Positions 9,867 to 18,276 of a DNA stretch of 64,000 bases are shown here, piece by piece (positions within the stretch are counted from its first letter, which is position 1; each line of letters starts with the position of its first letter). The position numbers and the translations under genes are program-made. The notes under the pieces were generated by a model, which worked only from the letters and a program-made list of their open reading frames with translations, did not search any database and was not told the DNA's origin. Source of the stretch: Candidatus Saccharimonadales bacterium (GTDB lineage Bacteria; Patescibacteriota; Saccharimonadia; Saccharimonadales; 2-12-FULL-41-12); NCBI GenBank assembly GCA_025451045.1, contig JANWLD010000001.1, positions 273,965-337,964 of the forward strand, read 5' to 3'.

Positions 9867-9880
9867 GTATTTATTAAGTT
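9841..9880. promoter_or_regulatory. Perfect 40-bp palindrome, probable MarR operator
   Basis: AACTTAATAAATACTTAAC-AC-GTTAAGTATTTATTAAGTT, lying just upstream of TGaTAGGCT (-10 at 9895-9900) and the MarR start. Confidence 0.6.
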
Positions 9881-9908
9881 CTTAGTGCTTGTGATAGGCT
9901 AAATACGT

Positions 9909-10328
9909 ATGCAAAGTGACATCGGTTCATTACTGCACAAAGTTTCCAAGGATTTGGACAAAATATCCGACCAGGTGCTTTTAGAGCGGCTAGGTATTGG
10001 CCTGTCACAGTTTCGGGTACTTCTCTATCTTTTAAACAGCGATGGCGTGCGGCAAAAATTAATCGCTGAAAATTTGGCGCAAACTGAACCTAGTGTCAGC
10101 CGCCAAGTCAAAGTTCTTCAACAAAAAGGCTTAGCAATCGTCCGCCGGAGCGTATCCAGCCGCCGCGACCGGTTGATATTTCTGACCCAGAAGGGCGCCA
10201 AAACTGCGGAAAAGGCAGTGAATATTCTTAACGAATACCACGCACCGATGTTTGCCAGTCTAAGCCCTAAAGAACAACAGCAACTAATTAAAACGCTCCA
10301 AGCCATGAGAGAATTCATCAGGGATTAA
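9909..10328 (+). CDS. MarR family transcriptional regulator
   Basis: GIGLSQFRVLLYL, HTH QKLIAENLAQTEPSVSRQVKVL, wing RRDRLIFLTQKG. Confidence 0.92.
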   Translation: MQSDIGSLLHKVSKDLDKISDQVLLERLGIGLSQFRVLLYLLNSDGVRQKLIAENLAQTEPSVSRQVKVLQQKGLAIVRRSVSSRRDRLIFLTQKGAKTAEKAVNILNEYHAPMFASLSPKEQQQLIKTLQAMREFIRD

Positions 10329-10330
10329 TC

Positions 10331-11137
10331 ATGAAAATTGAAAATATCAGTATCAACGGAATTGTTAAAGACGGGCCCGCAGCCGATAAATTATTGTTAG
10401 ACAGCCATGGCGCATTTGAAAGTTTCCGCCTGCACGGCGGGCGGGTATTTTTGCTTGATGAGCATTTTGATCGGCTGAAAAAAAGCCTGCAAGCGCTTGG
10501 TATAAACTGGGATGACGATAGGCAAAAATACTGCTCCTGGATTAAAGACCTATCTCGCAACCTGCCAAAAGACAAAGACGCATTTATACGTTTTACAGCT
10601 ACGCCGACGGATATAATAATACAAATAAGGTACATTCCGCCTTTTTCGCCTAAATCTTATCAAGCTGTAATTTTGGACAAAATCACACTGGAAAAACCAA
10701 ACTATTTTGAAAAATTTGGCTTCCGTATCAAATCGGTTGATTACATAAAGGCACGAACCAACCTAAGAAAGACGGCCGGGTTAAAACCCGGAGTCGAAGG
10801 AATATTACTGACCCCCGACGGTTTTGTAGCCGAAGCTTTAACTGCCAACATCTTTTGGGCCAAAGACGGGCAATTGTTCACATCCCCACTTGAGCTAGGC
10901 ATTTTGGCAGGCACAATGCGCGGCTATTTAATGACAAAAAATAAAGTAAAAGAAGCTTTAGCTAAAGCAACCGATTTAGACAATGCCGAAGAGATAATAT
11001 TAACCAGCGGCGCCAGCTACTTACGACCGCTGTCGGAAATAAACAATATAAAAAAACCCGGCGCGGCCGGCTCGGTTTTCAAAAGACTTTATAGTGAGCT
11101 GGTTGAGGATATAGAGAAAAAATCAAAACCCCTTTAG
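10331..11137 (+). CDS. PLP-dependent aminotransferase class IV (IlvE/PabC/DAT-like)
   Basis: GAFESFR, EHFDRL, RIKS (PLP lysine), EGILL..DGFVAEALTANIF, GILAGTMR and EEIILTS motifs. Confidence 0.88.
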   Translation: MKIENISINGIVKDGPAADKLLLDSHGAFESFRLHGGRVFLLDEHFDRLKKSLQALGINWDDDRQKYCSWIKDLSRNLPKDKDAFIRFTATPTDIIIQIRYIPPFSPKSYQAVILDKITLEKPNYFEKFGFRIKSVDYIKARTNLRKTAGLKPGVEGILLTPDGFVAEALTANIFWAKDGQLFTSPLELGILAGTMRGYLMTKNKVKEALAKATDLDNAEEIILTSGASYLRPLSEINNIKKPGAAGSVFKRLYSELVEDIEKKSKPL

Positions 11138-12261
11138 GCCGTTGCTTTTTTGATTTTCTCCAACACGAGTTTTCCAAATTCGGTCGCGGTAACTTTTTTG
11201 GCAACCAAACCTTCTATTTCACCACTGGTCATAGCATATAAATCCGCTGGCAGATGAAGGTCATCCAGTACATCAGCGACTGCCTGCTCGATTACATCGG
11301 CAACCTCAGGCCGGTTAAGGCTATGTCTGAACATCAGGGCCGCGGAAAGTATCATTCCTATCGGATTGGCATTCTCCGCATCTTCTATATCGGGAGCAGA
11401 ACCATGGATAGGCTCGTACAGGCCGAAATCATTTTTTGCCAAACTGGCTGATGCGCCCAAGCCGAGTGAACCGATGACTTGGGCCCCCTCATCGGATAAT
11501 ATATCGCCGAACATATTAGTAGTTACTATTGTGCCGGTCTTTACTTTTCCTATCAAAGCGGCCGCTTCTGCATCAACATGTGAATATCCGATTGTTTCAT
11601 AAGCCATTCCTTCTTCTGCGGCTACTTCTTTGACCACAGCGCGCCACAGCCCGCCGGTCTCTTCCAAAACGTTGGTCTTATGAACCCAGCTAAGCTTATC
11701 CCCACGTTCCCGCGCCAGCTTTATGGCCATTTTGACGATTTTTTCTACCTGGCTTTCTTTGTAGAAAATTGTTTCATAAGCCCATCTTTCACCAGTTTCC
11801 TCATCAACCCCGTGATCAGAATCACCATAATAAGCGTCGCCGGTAAATTCACGGACAATCATAAGATCCGTACCCTGTGCTATACGATTTTCCAGCGGAG
11901 ACAAATGGACTCCGATTTCACCCAAGATCTTTAGCGGACGAAGGTTGGCATAGAGGCCAAGCTTTTCCCTAAGCGGCAGAATGGCTTTTTTCTCCAAACC
12001 TTGCCATTTCGGGTCGTCGCTATTCGGCGGACCACCAAACGGACCCTTCAATACAGCATCCATTTTAGTTGCCGCAGTTACAGATGAATCCGGCAAATGC
12101 TCACCGGTTTGATCAAATGCTTCGCCCGAAACCGGTATATGCACGAAGTTTGGATGCAAGCCTGCCATTTCAGCGCCAGCTTCCACAATGGGCAAAGTCA
12201 GCCCAGTAATTTTTGGTCCTATCCCGTCTCCGGGCATTACACCTATATATATTTCTGACAT
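11134..12261 (-). CDS. leuB: 3-isopropylmalate dehydrogenase
   Basis: PGDGIGP, LREKLGLYANLRP, IVREFTGDAY, HKTNVL, NMFGDILSDE, LYEPIHGSAPDI and ANPIGMILS motifs. Confidence 0.88.
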   Translation of the reverse strand: MSEIYIGVMPGDGIGPKITGLTLPIVEAGAEMAGLHPNFVHIPVSGEAFDQTGEHLPDSSVTAATKMDAVLKGPFGGPPNSDDPKWQGLEKKAILPLREKLGLYANLRPLKILGEIGVHLSPLENRIAQGTDLMIVREFTGDAYYGDSDHGVDEETGERWAYETIFYKESQVEKIVKMAIKLARERGDKLSWVHKTNVLEETGGLWRAVVKEVAAEEGMAYETIGYSHVDAEAAALIGKVKTGTIVTTNMFGDILSDEGAQVIGSLGLGASASLAKNDFGLYEPIHGSAPDIEDAENANPIGMILSAALMFRHSLNRPEVADVIEQAVADVLDDLHLPADLYAMTSGEIEGLVAKKVTATEFGKLVLEKIKKATA

Positions 12262-12320
12262 GCACTAATTTTCCGGTAAGATCTAGCCGAATGCAAGCAT
12301 GAGCAGATTAGAATATAAGG

Positions 12321-14093
12321 CTAGAAACCGCCGTAACCGCCGCCGTAACCAGCGAAACTGACATCCGGTTTATGATAGTCGGTGACCTTTAAATCAGTAG
12401 CTGATCCGGGGCCTTTGGCCGGTACGATATATAGCTCGCTATCGTTCTTTGAATAAAGAAGATAGTCATCAGAGTACCAGCCATAAGGTACGTATTCAGT
12501 TAAACTGGCTATTTCTTTTCCGTGCCCGCCGTTTGCATCGCCTATAAATAGAGTGTTTTTGCCATCCCTTGGCTCATACCATGAAGTTTGCTTGCCGGAA
12601 GGGGAGAGCAGGTAGGTAGGGTAGTAGCTATAGAATTTATCGCCATCTACGCCTGAAGCGGCCTTGACTTGTCCATCCTCATATTCCAAATAGGTAGTTC
12701 CGGAGGAATTGTCTATCGCAAAATAGATCTCATTCGGAGTATAAGCGACTGCATCTACGTAGACATCATAGCCGGCATTAAAAGTCTTTAAAGTTCTTTT
12801 ATCGCTACCATCCGGATTGACGCTAATTATGGAATTTTTCTTTCCGGCAGTCAGCCCGCCTGATTCATCAGTACTATTCCAAACGGAAGCGAAAACTACC
12901 TTGTCGGTCGTAAGATAGATATTTTGGGCAGCAAGCTCAGCATAGTTTGAGGAATTTGTACCAACTCCCTTTGAATTGTTAAGCGAGGTTAGTTTTTTTG
13001 ATGAAGCATTAAAACTCTTTATCGATGACCTTCCATTTTGCCATTCATGGATATTTTTACGATCGACAGTATAAATGAAGTTATCATTCAGCCAGCCGCT
13101 GAACGAGAAGGTCGCGTTGCCTTCATCTACTGTGCTGAGCTTATCCGTCGCGGTGTCTATTAGATAAACTTTTTCTGAGCCTTCTCGTTTTGAAAGAAGG
13201 GCAAGGTATTTCCAGTCGCGAGATGCTAGCAGGACTGTATTAGTTTCATCTTCTTTGCCGGTGCCGGCTAATACCGTTTGGCGGGCACTGCCATCCAGAT
13301 TAGTCTTGACCACATCTATCTTGCCGGAAAGTTTAGAAAGAAAATACAGCTTACCAACACGGGTTATTTGGAAAGTATTGGCGTTGTTTTCATCTTCGGT
13401 CACTTTGATTTTAATTTTTTGATCATTGTAGCCGTTCATTTTTACCGCACCCTCAATCGTCGGCTTGTCCTGCGGCAAGACTATGATAGCCTTACCATCC
13501 TTATCGGTCCTGGACGTCGTACCGGCCGCGGATACCTCGGCGTTTTCTACCGGTTGGTTTGTAATCTTATCAATGACCTTTACTGGTACCTGTCGTCCGG
13601 TAGCTTCAAAATTAACCCCCAGCGGAGTTGCTTGTGTCGATAATGAAACAAATACCGAGACAGTCTGTTCTTTGTAATATTTTTTCGTAAGGGTTAGCGC
13701 GGCTTTGCCCACAGCGGCATGTATGGTCGCTTTACCATCTTTGTCGGTACGTGTATTTGTGCCATCCAGTGAAACATCTGCGTCACTAACCGGCTTTTGA
13801 GTTTCAGAATCAACTACAACTACTGAGAAATCCTTTTTGATAAACAGGCCAAGGACTTTATATCTGGTAGACGGAATAACTAGGAGTATCGCTAACAACA
13901 GCACGAGAGTTAGCGGTATGCTTAATTTCTTATGGTTCTTATACCAATTTTTAAACCGGCTTAGTTTACTGTTACCCGACGGTTTTGGAGTGGTCTCAAA
14001 AGATTCGGAAGATGTTACCTCCGGCTTTGGGGTTTGCTCATCATCTAGGCTTACCGTTTCTATTTCGTCACTATTTTTAATTTCATCGGCCAT
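12321..14093 (-). CDS. Membrane-anchored surface protein with two carboxypeptidase-regulatory-like beta-sandwich repeats and a probable TolB-like beta-propeller
   Basis: Single TM LSIPLTLVLLLAILLVI. Repeat pair VVDSETQKPVSDADVS..TRTDKDGKA and VIDKITNQPVENAEVS..SRTDKDGKA. Propeller-like NLDGS, NPDGSD and LSPSGK motifs. Confidence 0.7.
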   Translation of the reverse strand: MADEIKNSDEIETVSLDDEQTPKPEVTSSESFETTPKPSGNSKLSRFKNWYKNHKKLSIPLTLVLLLAILLVIPSTRYKVLGLFIKKDFSVVVVDSETQKPVSDADVSLDGTNTRTDKDGKATIHAAVGKAALTLTKKYYKEQTVSVFVSLSTQATPLGVNFEATGRQVPVKVIDKITNQPVENAEVSAAGTTSRTDKDGKAIIVLPQDKPTIEGAVKMNGYNDQKIKIKVTEDENNANTFQITRVGKLYFLSKLSGKIDVVKTNLDGSARQTVLAGTGKEDETNTVLLASRDWKYLALLSKREGSEKVYLIDTATDKLSTVDEGNATFSFSGWLNDNFIYTVDRKNIHEWQNGRSSIKSFNASSKKLTSLNNSKGVGTNSSNYAELAAQNIYLTTDKVVFASVWNSTDESGGLTAGKKNSIISVNPDGSDKRTLKTFNAGYDVYVDAVAYTPNEIYFAIDNSSGTTYLEYEDGQVKAASGVDGDKFYSYYPTYLLSPSGKQTSWYEPRDGKNTLFIGDANGGHGKEIASLTEYVPYGWYSDDYLLYSKNDSELYIVPAKGPGSATDLKVTDYHKPDVSFAGYGGGYGGF

Positions 14094-14178
14094 GATTAAT
14101 CCTCATTATATATTTGATGGAATTATACAAGTATTTTGCGAAAAACGTATATGCTAAATCAAAAAAATAGCCGCAAAA

Positions 14179-14913
14179 CTAATCTTGGCGGCGGATAGTC
14201 AATGAAGCCAGCACCAAAGCGGCCACGGTATAACAGCCAACAATTAAAAGGTCATGGGTCAGCTCAGAAGTCCATTCAAAATTCGACGTAATCTGTTTCA
14301 TAGCATCTACGCTGTAAGTAAGCGGCATAACATTGGCAAACCATTGAAGCGGCTGTGCCATTTGCTCGCGGGCAATGAACAAGCCGCAGGTAAGCAATTG
14401 AGGCAAAATGAATGCCGGCATAAATTGAACGGCCTGGAATTCGCTTCTGGCAAACGCGCTGGTAAAAAGCCCCAGCGAAGTACCAAGCAGTCCAGCCGCG
14501 ACCGCACAGACAATTGTTGGGAAGGTACCGCCCAGTACCGGCACATCCAAAAGCCCCAACATCACGCCTGTCGCAATACACGCTTGGGCAAGTGCTACCA
14601 GACCAAAGGCTAACGCGTAACCAAATATAAAATCCATTTTGCCAATTGGCATCGTCATCAGCCTATCCAATGTTCCGCTGGTCCGTTCGCGCAGGGTAGC
14701 TATGGAAGTAACCAAAAACATCATTACCATTGGGAAAATGCCCAGTAGCATCGGAGCCAACTGGTTAAAAGTATTTGGCTCATTTTGAAAAACATATTTG
14801 AAAATGGTCAAAAGCACTGGCGGCACAACAAACAAAAGCGCCAAAGTACGATGGTCATGGCTGAGCTGGCGCAATACGCGCTTGGCCGTGGCCAGCGTCT
14901 TCCGCGGGCTCAT
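14179..14913 (-). CDS. ABC-2 type transporter permease
   Basis: LRERTSGTLDRL, ARSEFQAVQF and PLTYSVDAM motifs; six hydrophobic segments. Confidence 0.92.
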   Translation of the reverse strand: MSPRKTLATAKRVLRQLSHDHRTLALLFVVPPVLLTIFKYVFQNEPNTFNQLAPMLLGIFPMVMMFLVTSIATLRERTSGTLDRLMTMPIGKMDFIFGYALAFGLVALAQACIATGVMLGLLDVPVLGGTFPTIVCAVAAGLLGTSLGLFTSAFARSEFQAVQFMPAFILPQLLTCGLFIAREQMAQPLQWFANVMPLTYSVDAMKQITSNFEWTSELTHDLLIVGCYTVAALVLASLTIRRQD

Positions 14914-15635
14914 GTTTGGCCTCCGACCAGTTTCAAAAAGCTTTCTTCAATCGTTTTTGTCCCAGTATGTTTCTTCAGGTCCGCCGGCGTACTGTGGGCA
15001 ATGGCCTGTCCGTTGCGCAGTAGCACTAAATCATCGCATCTTTCAGCTTCATCCATAGAATGGCTGGTGATTACCAATGTCGTGCCTTGCTTGGCCAATT
15101 GAGCGAAGAGATTCCAAAGTTTGTTCCGTAGCACCGGATCCAACCCGACGGTTGGTTCGTCCAGCACCATCAGCTTGGGTGAGCCGATAAGCGCGATTGC
15201 CAGCGAAACCCGTTGTTTTTGGCCGCCGGAAAGACTACTGACTAAACTGTCGGTCTTATCAGTTAAATCCACAGCTTTTAAGACTTCAATCAGTGTTTTC
15301 TTTAAATCTTTGCGCGCTTGCCCTGACATAATCGCAAAGAAATTCAAGTTTTCTCTTATTGTAAGATCCGGATAAACGGAGAGCTCTTGGGTCATATACC
15401 TGGCTTGCTTGCGTAATTCTGCCGATCCGGGTTTCATGCCGAAGACCAAAATTTCTCCTGAAGTTATACGCGTTCTTCCGACAATACTGCGGACCAACGT
15501 GGTTTTTCCGGCGCCGGACGGGCCGATTATACCCACGGTTTTTTTAGATGGCAGCTCTATACTGACGTTCTTTATTGCTTCGATTGCTCCGGGAAGGGTA
15601 ACTGATAAATTCTTTATTTGTACCGCGTTTTCCAT
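14910..15635 (-). CDS. ABC transporter ATP-binding protein (multidrug/ABC-2 type)
   Basis: GPSGAGKT, LSGGQKQR, LDEPTVGLD and H-loop TSH. Start placed at ATG 15635 because an extended -10 (TGtTATGCT) lies 6 nt upstream. Confidence 0.93.
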   Translation of the reverse strand: MENAVQIKNLSVTLPGAIEAIKNVSIELPSKKTVGIIGPSGAGKTTLVRSIVGRTRITSGEILVFGMKPGSAELRKQARYMTQELSVYPDLTIRENLNFFAIMSGQARKDLKKTLIEVLKAVDLTDKTDSLVSSLSGGQKQRVSLAIALIGSPKLMVLDEPTVGLDPVLRNKLWNLFAQLAKQGTTLVITSHSMDEAERCDDLVLLRNGQAIAHSTPADLKKHTGTKTIEESFLKLVGGQT

Positions 15636-15667
15636 ACCTAAAGCATAACAAACCGACAAAGAATTTA

Positions 15668-16195
15668 TTATTTAGCTGGTGAAACGAAACTCATCAATTG
15701 GCTTCCATCCGGCAGAAACTCCGTATGAATATCAAAGTGCTGTTCCATATCTTGGGCTAAAGTTACAGACTTTTCATGCACGTCCTGAGCTTCGTCGTCT
15801 CTTCCGACTTCAGTATAAGCGCCCTCCATGGCGTGGTATAAACGAGCAAGACTAAAAAAACCGCTATAGGTTCCTCGCATCTTATAACTTTCAACTAATG
15901 GCTGTGCCTTTTCAAGATTAGTCACCGCCTGAACCGGCCTTTTTGCCCTTAAATAAGAATGGGCGGCATCCATAAGCAGGTTACTCAGTTGTATCGGTTC
16001 CGTTTCAGTGTGCCGCGCGGCTTTTTTTTCATATCCTTTGGCTTCTATTAAGGATTGGACTCTATTTTTTCTTTCGCGCGCGCGTTTTATAAACAGCAAA
16101 GCTTTAAAAAACAAAATAGTACGGCGCGGCAGCTCAAATGGTTCCAGTTCTAGCTCTAGGGGAGATTTATCCGCCTTTATCTCAGGAGAACTCAT
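15668..16195 (-). CDS. Hypothetical helical (TPR-like) protein
   Basis: 175-aa ORF filling the intergenic gap; amphipathic helices with TPR-like AxxYL..A and LARLY patterns. Confidence 0.6.
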   Translation of the reverse strand: MSSPEIKADKSPLELELEPFELPRRTILFFKALLFIKRARERKNRVQSLIEAKGYEKKAARHTETEPIQLSNLLMDAAHSYLRAKRPVQAVTNLEKAQPLVESYKMRGTYSGFFSLARLYHAMEGAYTEVGRDDEAQDVHEKSVTLAQDMEQHFDIHTEFLPDGSQLMSFVSPAK

Positions 16196-16258
16196 TATAT
16201 AAATATTTATACGACTATTACTTTAATAGTTCAAGAGGACTTTCATTTTGTACCCGGA

Positions 16259-16687
16259 CTAACGGCCATGTATCCGTGGATTTTGTCTGCGTTTTCGCCG
16301 CCCCGCCACCGTCATTTTAGGGGGTCCGAATTCTTCGGCCATCATTTTATTCAATCTTGAAACCTTGCCAGATCTAATTTTCTGCCGCTGGGTTTTGTTT
16401 GGCGAACCCGCCTGTTTTTGTTTGCCTGAGCTATAAGCTTCGTAATCATAATATTTACCCCGTCTGTCGGATATTATCCGGCCTTTAGCTTCAATCGCTT
16501 TTAGTCCGTTTGATATGTCTTTAAAAACACCGCTTGAAACTTTTCTTTCCAAGGTCAAGGCATAGATGATTTCTTTCATTGTAGCCCTAGAGCCGCCGCT
16601 ATCTATCAGGCCCAGTACTACATCTTCAAAATAAAGCCCTTCATTTGGTGTCTTTGGCTTTTGCTCGGCGCCTAATTTTGCTTCCAC
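16259..16687 (-). CDS. Hypothetical basic protein, possible winged-helix domain
   Basis: GGAGG SD before GTG; TTGCAA-N17-TATAAA upstream; ATMKEII..ISNGLKAIEAKGRI..GKYY resembles a wHTH. Confidence 0.6.
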   Translation of the reverse strand: MEAKLGAEQKPKTPNEGLYFEDVVLGLIDSGGSRATMKEIIYALTLERKVSSGVFKDISNGLKAIEAKGRIISDRRGKYYDYEAYSSGKQKQAGSPNKTQRQKIRSGKVSRLNKMMAEEFGPPKMTVAGRRKRRQNPRIHGR

Positions 16688-16769
16688 AACAGTGTCCTCC
16701 GTTCTAAACGTTTATTTATAAACCAACATTTATAAGGTTGCAAGCCCCGTAGTAGACTTTTGAGTTTAT

Positions 16770-16841
16770 CTGCCTCGGAGATTAGCTTCCCGGCCACTTG
16801 GCCGGGAAGGTCTCAAAAGCTCACTACCGGGCAAGCATGAG
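16770..16841 (+). repeat. 72-bp inverted repeat, left copy (part of a structured REP/MITE-like element from about 16744)
   Basis: Reverse complement of 18194-18265 with one mismatch; internal hairpin CTTCCCGGCC-ACTT-GGCCGGGAAG. Confidence 0.9.
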
Positions 16842-16849
16842 CGGGAAGC

Positions 16850-16881
16850 AAAAAAGCTTTAGGATTAACTCAAGCTTTTTT
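16850..16881. terminator. Possible bidirectional terminator-like hairpin downstream of the pilin-like gene
   Basis: AAAAAAGCTT-N12-AAGCTTTTTT; AT-rich, weak stem. Confidence 0.4.
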
Positions 16882-16945
16882 GGTAAAGCTGGCGGGTAAA
16901 TACTCCCAAGCCCTATGGATTTATGCGGCTTATTAAGCTTACGAT

Positions 16946-17626
16946 TTAGCGATACGCAATTGTGGCTATGAGCAACTCGACTGTTTTAGTAGCAGATTGA
17001 CCATTATCAGAATCTAATACACCATAACCGTTACTTGCGGCGAAATATATGTCCGAAGCATTCTGCCAATATGCCTCAAAGTTGGCATTATCGTTCCAAT
17101 TATAGGTACGTACGGCTAAACCGTCTTTTGTAGTAAGGCTGCCATCTTCTACAGTTCCGCTTTCCAAAGGACTTGTATTTGGCTGACCTTTTTTGGTAGC
17201 TGACTCAACGATACTTCCCAAATTACCCATCGATTTTCCATAATTGATTCCGATTATTTGTAAATCCGCCGGCATGTTAGTGACAGGACCGTCCAGGTAA
17301 TCACCAGGAGTTTTAGTAGTCGAAATGGTGATATGGCCACTGCTATTGATCAACTTATCTTCGGTGACGTACCAACCGGACGGATATTTAAAACTTATGT
17401 AGCCCGTATCGGGATTTTTTGAAGAATAAGTTTGCCAACCAGCATATTTATCCTCGGATGCTTCAGTTTTGGTTGAGGTTGAAGATTGTATGGATGAGTT
17501 CGAGATACTATTGTTTTTATTCTGTGTTTTATATACATAGAATATAACTCCGGCTATCATCAGAACGATTATTAAAATAAGTATAGCCTCAATAGCAGAA
17601 AAACCTTTAGAGTTTAGTTTTTTCAT
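16946..17626 (-). CDS. Type IV pilin-like protein with PsbP-like C-terminal domain
   Basis: MKKLNSKG|FSAIEAILILIIVLMIAGVIFYVY class III signal, S/T linker, WQTY..ISFKYPSGW motif. Confidence 0.85.
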   Translation of the reverse strand: MKKLNSKGFSAIEAILILIIVLMIAGVIFYVYKTQNKNNSISNSSIQSSTSTKTEASEDKYAGWQTYSSKNPDTGYISFKYPSGWYVTEDKLINSSGHITISTTKTPGDYLDGPVTNMPADLQIIGINYGKSMGNLGSIVESATKKGQPNTSPLESGTVEDGSLTTKDGLAVRTYNWNDNANFEAYWQNASDIYFAASNGYGVLDSDNGQSATKTVELLIATIAYR

Positions 17627-17655
17627 AAATAATCCTTATGTTTAAATACTTAAGC

Positions 17656-17692
17656 TAATAATAAAAAAACTCTTGTAATAATACAAGAGTTA
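17656..17692 (-). terminator. Hairpin after tmRNA overlapping a sigma70-like promoter for the pilin-like gene
   Basis: AACTCTTGT-N6-ACAAGAGTT plus T tract; the same bases read TTGTAT-N17-TATTAT. Confidence 0.6.
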
Positions 17693-17700
17693 AAGAATTT

Positions 17701-18074
17701 TGGTGGAGCTGGTGGGTAATTCTCCCACGTCCATCAGTTTACGTCGTTGGTCGTCTACAAGCTTAGGCTATTTAGTTACGTCCTGAGATAAAAATAACCA
17801 AAAAATCAGGCCGGTTGACCCAAAGTCTTAGCGCATCTTACGGGTCGGTAAGTTGCGAGCGTTCAGAAAATATGACGCCAACTGAAAATATCTGAAGTCA
17901 ATTCAGTGGCGAACTTCGTTCTTAGGCGAAGTTGAATGCTAGCTTAGGCGCGAACGCATCAGCTAAGCGGTTTAGAAATGTTTTTGCATTTACTAAAAGT
18001 TTCCCTATGACGCTGAGAAGCGGCTTGCGGAATCCAACTTGTAAAGGTCCGATGTCGAGCTAAAATACAGCCCC
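17701..18074 (-). ncRNA. ssrA: tmRNA (transfer-messenger RNA)
   Basis: 5' GGGGCTGTATTTTAGCTCGAC and 3' GACGTGGG-AGAATTA-CCCACCAGCTCCACCA with the G3-U alanine identity pair. Tag ORF 17987-17922 reads AKTFLNRLADAFAPKLAFNFA*. Confidence 0.93.
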
Positions 18075-18193
18075 TCATGTAACTTCAAATTTTGAAGTAA
18101 CTTGAGCGGATGAAAATCTGGGTTGTTAAAGAGGGGGTGAGGCTCCCGATTACTCTGTGATTATAGCATAAAAACAATCGGATTACAATACCT

Positions 18194-18265
18194 CTCATGC
18201 TTGCCCGGTAGTGAGCTTTTGAGACCTTCTCGGCCAAGTGGCCGGGAAGCTAATCTCCGAGGCAG
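18194..18265 (-). repeat. 72-bp inverted repeat, right copy
   Basis: 71/72 identical to the reverse complement of 16770-16841. Confidence 0.9.
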
Positions 18266-18276
18266 TAATCGCCATA

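Noticed and set aside
18238..18276. GTG start for the 189-aa ORF
   Set aside because: It lies inside the 72-bp repeat; ATG 18277 is more plausible.
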